This document shows positions 57,052-64,000 of a DNA stretch of 64,000 nucleotides, one piece after another. The DNA is from Neophaeotheca triangularis (taxonomy: Eukaryota): contig BAAIJX010000056.1 of assembly GCA_054600435.1 (NCBI GenBank), positions 62,001 through 126,000 of the forward strand, in the 5' to 3' direction. Made by a program: the position numbers and the translations under genes. Numbering within the stretch: the first letter of the stretch is position 1; each line of letters opens with the position of its first letter. The notes under the pieces are model-generated. The model was given only the letters and a program-made list of their open reading frames with translations, did not search any database and had not been told where the DNA came from.

Positions 57052-60000
57052 ATGGGAGGCAACGATGCCGAGGAGCAGGCCCTCGCCAACCATCAATCGG
57101 GCCAATGCAACAAGCCCATGTCCAAGCCTGCGCACTCGATGAAATGGCAGGAAGTTGTCGATGAACTCAAAACCGACACCGACGATGGTCTCAAGGACGA
57201 CGAGGCCGCAAAGCGGCTGCAGGATTACGGCAAGAACGAACTGGGCGCGACGGGCGGTGTTAATCCCGGCAAGATCTTGCTGAGGCAAGTCGCCAACGCC
57301 ATGACTCTAGTCCTGATCATGGCAATGGCCGTTTCTTTTGGTATCCAATCGTGGATTGAAGGCGGTGTTATTGCCGCTGTCATTCTCATCAACATTGTCG
57401 TCGGTTTCGTGCAAGAATTCCAGGCCGAAAAGACCATGGACTCACTCAGATCGCTTTCCTCGCCCACGGCAATGGTCGTCCGCAATGGCAAGTCCATCAG
57501 CATCACCACCACCGAGCTTGTGCCCGGTGACTTGGTGGAGCTGAAGACTGGTGACACTATCCCCGCAGACATCCGGTATGATCAAATCCCGACCACCAAC
57601 ACCCTACCATGCCATTCCAATGCTAATCTTCCCCAAAAGTGTTGTTGAAGCAGTCAACTTTGAAACCGACGAAGCCCTTCTTACTGGAGAATCTCTCCCC
57701 GTCCGCAAGGCCGCCGATGATGTCTTCGAAGAAGACACTGGTCCAGGTGACCGTCTCAACGTCGCCTACAGTTCCTCCACCGTCACCAAAGGTCGCGCCA
57801 CCGGGGTTGCATTCGCTACTGGTATGTTCACAGAAATCGGTACCATTGCAGCAGCCCTCCGCAAAAAGGACAGCAAAGTCCGTCAGCCCAAGAGGGACGA
57901 GCATGGCAAGGCGAAGCCCCACCGTTACGCACAAGCTTGGGGTCTCACCTTTACCGACGCCGTCGGCCACTTTTTGGGTGTCAACGTCGGCACACCTCTC
58001 CAGAAGAAGCTGTCCAGGCTAGCAGTCTTGCTCTTCTGGATTGCCGTCGTCTGCGCTATTATTGTCTTGGCCGCCAACGATTTCCGTGACCGCCAGGAGG
58101 TCATCATCTACGCCGTCGCTACCGGTCTTTCCATGATTCCCGCCGCGCTCGTCGTCGTCTTGACCATCACCATGGCCGCCGGTACCAAGCGCATGGTCGA
58201 GCGTCACGTCATTGTTCGTAACCTCAAGTCGCTCGAAGCTCTGGGTGCCGTCACCGACATTTGCTCCGACAAGACGGGTACTCTGACCCAGGGCAAAATG
58301 GTTGCCAAAAAGGCATGGATCCCGGCGACCGGTACCTACACCATCGGCGAGACCAACGAGCCATTCAACCCTACCATTGGAGGCATCTCGCACACACAGA
58401 AAGAGCCACGCAACATGACTGAGGGTGAAGAGGAGAAAGAGTCTGAATACGCCGAGCTGCTACAGGACAACGAGGCACTCAAGCAATACCTTCGCGTCGC
58501 CTCTCTTGCCAACTTGGCAAACGTTCACCAGACCGATGAGGGTGGCTGGAACGCCCGTGGTGACCCCACCGAAATCGCCATCCAAGTCTTCGCTTCCCGC
58601 TTCCAATGGAACCGCAGGGCGTCCGTTGGCGGCGACAACCCTCCCATGAAAATGCTTACTGAGTTCCCATTCGACTCCGACGTCAAGAAGATGTCCGTCA
58701 TTTACCGCGACACCTCCTCCCAGCAAATGTACGCCTTCACCAAGGGTGCCGTCGAGCGCATTGTCGCTTCCTGCACATCTTACTACTCCGAGGGTATGGA
58801 GGAGCCCGTCGAGATGACCGAGGACTTCCGTAACCAGATTCTCGACAACATGGAGGGTCTTGCGAAGCTCGGTCTCCGTGTGCTCGCTCTGGCTGGCAAA
58901 GACTACAACGAAGAATTCAAAGAGGGTGAGGAGATCGACCGCACCAAGGTTGAGAACGACCTCGTCTTCCGCGGTCTCATCGGTCTCTACGACCCGCCCC
59001 GCCCAGAGTCTCAGCCATCTGTCAAGTCTTGCCACGAGGCTGGTATTGCCGTCCACATGTTGACTGGTGACCACCCTGGTACTGCTCGCGCCATCGCTGC
59101 CCAAGTCGGCATCCTTCCCTCTCGCATGGACGAAATGAGCAAGGAAGTCACCGACGCCATGGTCATGACCGCTTCTCAATTCGACAAGCTCACCGACGAT
59201 GAGATCGACCAGCTCCCCACCCTCCCCCTCGTCGTCGCTCGTTGCGCGCCAAACACAAAGGTCCGCATGATTGAAGCCCTCCATCGCCGCGGCAGGTTCT
59301 GCGCCATGACGGGTGACGGTGTCAACGACTCTCCTTCCCTCAAGCGCGCAGATGTCGGTATTGCAATGGGTCAAGCCGGATCTGACGTCGCCAAAGACGC
59401 CTCTGACATTATTCTTACCGACGACAACTTTGCCTCCATCTTGGCCGCCATCGAAGAAGGTCGCAGGACTTTTGACAACATTCAAAAGTTCGTCCTGCAC
59501 TTGCTCGCTCAGAACATCTCTCAGGCTCTTGTCCTCCTCATTGGTCTCGCCTTCAAGGATGAGGAGAACATCTCCGTGTTCCCTCTTGCGCCCGTTGAAA
59601 TTCTGTGGATTATCATGATTACGTCTGGTATTCCTGACATGGGTCTCGGCTTCGAAATCGCCGCCCCCGATGTCATGCAACGCCCACCGCAGAGCTTGAA
59701 GCGTGGTGTCTTCACCATTGAAATCATGGTTGACATGCTCGTTTACGGCATCTGGATTGCCGCTTTGGTGTTGGCTGCGTTCCTCATTGTCCTCTACGGC
59801 TTCGCGGACGGAGCGTCCGCCATTGGCCTCAACTGCAACGACTCTATCGACTCAGGTTGCGACACTGTCTTCCGCGCTCGTGCCACTTGCTTTTCCTGTC
59901 TCACCTGGTTCTCCCTCTTCCTTGCCTGGGAGATTGGTATGTCACACCATTACACCTCAACTAATTATTTGCAACTACTAACACTTTCTCCATAGTCGAC

Positions 60001-60390
60001 ATGCGCCGCTCCTTCTTCCGCATGCAACCTGACAGTACCAAGTACTTCACCCAGTGGGCCTACGACGTTTGGCGCAACAAATTTTTGTTCTTCGCCGTCA
60101 TGGCCGGTGTCGTCACGCTCTTCCCCGTCCTCTACATCCCCGTCATCAACGACGTTGTCTTCAAGCACACGGGCATCAGCTGGGAATGGGCCATTGTCTT
60201 CATCGCAGCCCTCCTCTTCTTTCTGGGAGTCGAGTTCTGGCTGTGGTGCAAGCGCGTTTACTTCCGCCGCGCCGCCGCCAAGGAGGGCGCCGGCTGGGGT
60301 GCCGACGACGACGTCGAGAAGCGTGTCTTTGGCGACTTCCTCACGGACTCGAGCTCCGAGAGCAATGGCAAGGAGAAGTCTGGCTCTTAA
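57052..60390 (+). CDS. ENA: P-type IID Na+/K+-exporting ATPase (ENA); introns 57576-57639 and 59937-59995
   Basis: QEFQAEKTMDSLRSLSSP, DEALLTGES, SMIPAAL, ICSDKTGTLTQGKM, GDPTEIA, EFPFDSDVKKMS, MLTGDHPGTA, MTGDGVNDSPSLK and DMRRSFFRM. Confidence 0.96.
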
Positions 60391-61190
60391 AGAGAGTAAG
60401 AGCCGAGCCGAGTTGCCCCATCCATGGCATGGGTGGTGGGGCAGAGAGGGTTGTAGCAACAATCATCAAACGTCAATCTTGTGTTAACATGTACGGCGCA
60501 CGCACGCAGCAGAGTCTGTTCTGTTTATTTTCTTTCATGTTTATGGTTTGGAATGGGAGAATATAGCTGCCGACGACAGGAGAGAGAAGGACTCTTTCCG
60601 GCGCTTTTGCACGTGGAAGGTCGATCCCAGAGGGGTGGAGGAGGACAGGTAGAAGGGGGAAGATCTAGGTTCGTGACAGCTATTCTGTTGCTAGCTTGCA
60701 GGACACATTGGGAGGAATCATGGGAGGGAATCGATCGAGATGGGCCAAGGATCTTTCTGTGCATAGATGTCTTACGATGACTTGTTCGTCTGTGTAGCTC
60801 CGGGTGGAAAGGGTGTTCGTGCTATGAACATATTTGAGAAAGAACTTTTCTTTTTTTTTTGGAATGAAACTTGTCGCTTCTTCTTTCTCTTGTCTCTTGT
60901 TGAGTTCTGTTTGTGCTTTTGGGGTGGTGTGTGATTGGTGCGAGTAGAGAGGGGAGGGGAGGTGTTGGGCGATGGTGTTGTTAGAGCGGGCTTCGATCGT
61001 GTGCCAGTGGTAGTAGCGGTAACGGTAGCGGTAGCGGTAGCGGCTGCTGGTGGGTAGATCGGTAAATGCTCATCGAGCTATTATACGATTCAGGGTCAGA
61101 GTTTGGTCTCCAGTGTAACCTCTTACCTGGGTAGGTAGGGAGGTAGGTAGGTGTTGGTACGGACGTAACGTTAGGGGCGGACGATTTTAT

Positions 61191-61347
61191 TATCCGTCTA
61201 TCTGTTTATCTATTTATCTATTTATCTATTTATCTATTTATCTGGATAGATGGATAGACAGACCGATAGACAGACCGATAGACAGACTGATAGACAGACT
61301 GATAGACAGACGGATAGACAGACGGATAGGCAGACAGACAGACAGAC
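61191..61347. repeat. Compound (TATTTATC)n / (GATAGACAGACN)n satellite
   Basis: 8-bp units at about 61206-61243 followed by 12-bp units at about 61253-61347. Confidence 0.9.
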
Positions 61348-62354
61348 AACCAAACAGAATTCTTGAATTCTGCAATCATACGTACCTATCTAGATAGAGG
61401 GATACGACATCATCACCCTAGTCGGACCTCACCAGCAACCCAAGGTGACCCAAAACTTCCCACAGATGACCGCACCCACCCACTCACTCTTCATGGACCC
61501 GTCACTCGGTCGCTTCGTGGCCGCCGGCAATGGACGCTGGGGTGGTGGGAGGGACACCGACTCCAACCAACAGGCCACCGCTGCTGTGATTGCGCTACCT
61601 TTTATAGGTAAGGTAGGTACTGGCACCACGGGCGACGAAGCTTGCGTGACGGGTGGTTGTCGCTTGTGGATGAGGTGGGTGCTGGATTTACATAGCTACC
61701 TACCTAGGTACAGTGAGCGAGGTGAGGCTGAGGCTGAGGCTGAGGCTTTTTTAAATCTTGTTGTTGTGGTTCTAAGTACTGTACGATACTTCAGTCCCGT
61801 CGATCGCGCTTCGACTCTTCGGCTCTGTCTGCTATTATGGTTGGTTGACTTGCCTTGCCTTGGATTTGCTAGACCAAGCTGCTTTCCGAGGACGGTGATG
61901 TTTGGTGTGGCGGATGTGTCTTGTCGCGAGTGGGCGGCTCTGTGCAATTGTTGGCCTATCGGTTCCGGGGGTTTTGCGGTTTGCGGAGGGCATGTGTTTG
62001 TGTGTGCTGGGTTGGAAGGGCTCGAGGTTGGATCGCTTGGAGGGGGTGGGCTGGGAATGGAGTTTTTAGGAGGTGCTTCTGCGGCGGAGTTGGTTCTTGG
62101 TTTGCTGCGGCATTCACCGGAGCTTGCTTTGATGTTCCGATGCGCTGGAGAGGCTTTCAAGTTCATGCTAATTGAGAATCGGAACGGGGGCTTGTACAAT
62201 TTACCTGTCTTGTATTAACGTACATATGTGCTTCAAATGCCCAACTGGCATAAAGCTCAAGCGCTCTCTGGGTACGAAGCATGTTCGAAGCATCAACTCA
62301 CCCTTTGGAAACCGACTACCCAGCCTCCAACCAGACGCCGTCGGCTAAACCAAC

Positions 62355-62987
62355 TCACAGCTTCTCTGCCAAAGCCACGCCGTAGTAGATCATAGCAAAA
62401 GTACCTAGCAAGTTGGCGGCGGACGACATCCCATGCAGCTTCCCAAACGACGAGTTGAGGCGAGCCATCTCAGCAGACTTGGGACCAGCGTCATAGTACT
62501 TCTTGCCATCCCTCGTCTCTGTATGAAATACATCAGCGTCTACTCCGACGATCGCGACCACTGGCTCAGCCACAGACTCACCTTGATGCTTCCTTTCCCG
62601 CATGACCTTGGTCGTAGCCGGCCCCAGCACAAGCAAGTTCAACGCGCTCGTAAAGAACATGAGACCAATCGGCACCAGCGCACTCCAAGTGTTATCAGGA
62701 TGCAGCAGTCCGCGGTAGCCGGTGTTCCGCCTCGCTTCGCCGAGCCCGGCAGCTGCCGCTATCCTCTCGCCCGGAAATGTGAGTGCGAGGACTACTGGCA
62801 GGGCTGATTGGAAAGCAAAGTAGGGCGGAAAGATGGCCTGTTGGAGTGTAGAGAATGATGGCCGGGACAGTGCTTTATAGGCTATGGGTCCGTTCATGAA
62901 GGTTTGGAAGAGGTTGCTGCCCAGGAGGGTGCTGTAGGAAAGCACATGGTAGACCTTGGGGTCTGAGAAGGATTGAGTGCCTGGCAT
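62355..62987 (-). CDS. TMEM205/DUF4149-like membrane protein; intron 62581-62519
   Basis: YHVLSYSTLLGSNLFQTF, FSTLQQAIFPPYF, LNLLVLGPATTKVMRERKHQ|ETRDGKKYYD and FGKLHGMSSAANL. Confidence 0.88.
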   Translation of the reverse strand: MPGTQSFSDPKVYHVLSYSTLLGSNLFQTFMNGPIAYKALSRPSFSTLQQAIFPPYFAFQSALPVVLALTFPGERIAAAAGLGEARRNTGYRGLLHPDNTWSALVPIGLMFFTSALNLLVLGPATTKVMRERKHQGESVAEPVVAIVGVDADVFHTETRDGKKYYDAGPKSAEMARLNSSFGKLHGMSSAANLLGTFAMIYYGVALAEKL

Positions 62988-63345
62988 GTTGGAGATTCGA
63001 TGTCGCTTTGACGAGGGATGTCTTGCACAGATTATGCGTGTTTCTCAATAGTTTTAAGAGTTGTGTCAAGGTCGAGAGTTTCGAGAGGCAATCCAATATG
63101 AATGTTCGAGGCGTGGTGGCGTCACCATATCTAATTACCCGAAACAGCTTAGTTGATCCCTACTAGCGCGTCACTAGCGTGTTTCTGCCTGGCTCGAAGT
63201 GAACGTTCTATCGCGTTGGCTGCCTGGCTGCCTGCCTACCTGCAGCATTACTTATGTATTGATACAAGTTACCTTAGGTTACGTGATGGTCTAAACTTTG
63301 CCATGATCCTACACTCCCTCCGACATTCTTCTCAGATACCCCATC

Positions 63346-64000
63346 ATGGCGATGAAAGAAGCGACTGTCTACATTGTAGACTTGGGCTCTTCCATGGCCG
63401 AGGTTGGCAGCGGCCGTGAAGACAACAACCTGAATTTCGCCCTCGAATATGTCTGGGACAAAATCACAGCAACTGTGGCCACGGGTCGGAAGACCACCTA
63501 CGTTGGTGTCCTCGGACTGCGTACCATGCAGACCGAGAACGAACTCGAAGACGACCCGGATTACGCCAACATCTCCGTTCTCATGGATCTTCAGCAATGC
63601 GAACTGCCGCAGCTACGGAAGCTGAAACGAGATCTTGTCGTCAGTGACAGCGCAGCGGGTGATGCGATGAGTGCATTGGTCGTCGGGATCCAGATGATCT
63701 CCAAACACTGCAAAAAGTTGAAGTATCTGCGGCGCATAGTACTCGTCACGGATGCCAAAGGTCCCATGCAAACCGACGACATTGGAGCAATTACGTCGAA
63801 ACTTCAGGATGAAGGCATCGAGTTGACTGTTCTCGGCATCGATTTTGATGATGCCGAGTACGGTGTCAAGGAGGAGAGCAAGGACACTTTGAAAGCTGGG
63901 AATGAGGAGGCGCTCAAAGCACTATGTACCGACTGCGGCGGTAACTTTGGCACTTTGTCGCAAGCAGTCAGCGAACTGGGAATTCCAAGGGTCAAGTCTG
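63346..64000 (+). CDS. KU80: Ku80 (NHEJ DNA end-binding protein), vWA domain; runs off the window end
   Basis: MAMKEATVYIVDLGSSM, YVWDKITATVATGRKT, GDAMSALVVGIQMI...KKLKYLRRIVLVTD and LGIDFDDAEYGVKEESK; open to position 64000. Confidence 0.93.
   Translation, partial: MAMKEATVYIVDLGSSMAEVGSGREDNNLNFALEYVWDKITATVATGRKTTYVGVLGLRTMQTENELEDDPDYANISVLMDLQQCELPQLRKLKRDLVVSDSAAGDAMSALVVGIQMISKHCKKLKYLRRIVLVTDAKGPMQTDDIGAITSKLQDEGIELTVLGIDFDDAEYGVKEESKDTLKAGNEEALKALCTDCGGNFGTLSQAVSELGIPRVKS

Noticed and set aside
58460..59680. 406-aa antisense ORF within ENA
   Set aside because: Typical antisense shadow of a strongly codon-biased gene, with no protein-like motifs.
61445..62218. Overlapping 257-aa (+) and 167-aa (-) ORFs
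   Set aside because: Low complexity, run through simple repeats, and have no motifs; a small minus-strand gene cannot be fully excluded.

Overview
Eukaryotic DNA from a filamentous ascomycete. GT-AG introns with CTAAC/CTGAC branch sites, the gene content and an ENA Na+-ATPase point to a Dothideomycete, possibly a halotolerant black yeast; the species cannot be proven from this window. About 25 protein genes are visible. Recognisable ones are CAND1, CSL4, MRPL35, ELP2, a D-2-hydroxyacid dehydrogenase, an allantoate-permease-type MFS transporter, a GH10 xylanase, an ADP/ATP carrier, an ENA P-type ATPase, a TMEM205-like gene and the 5' end of KU80. They are interspersed with orphan repeat-rich genes and at least two pseudogenes. 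No tRNA, rRNA, CRISPR or intact transposon was found. The most notable observations are: (1) a 931-aa orphan coiled-coil protein with a tandem array of TQT (dynein light chain LC8-type) motifs; (2) a HeLo-like/ankyrin protein with a PPxY motif; (3) a recurring, strand-oriented C-rich to G-rich switch near gene 3' ends; (4) several degenerate BTB-like relics; (5) a 5.3-kb repeat- and motif-rich region upstream of ENA. All assignments come from manual reading and motif recognition; no database searches were run.
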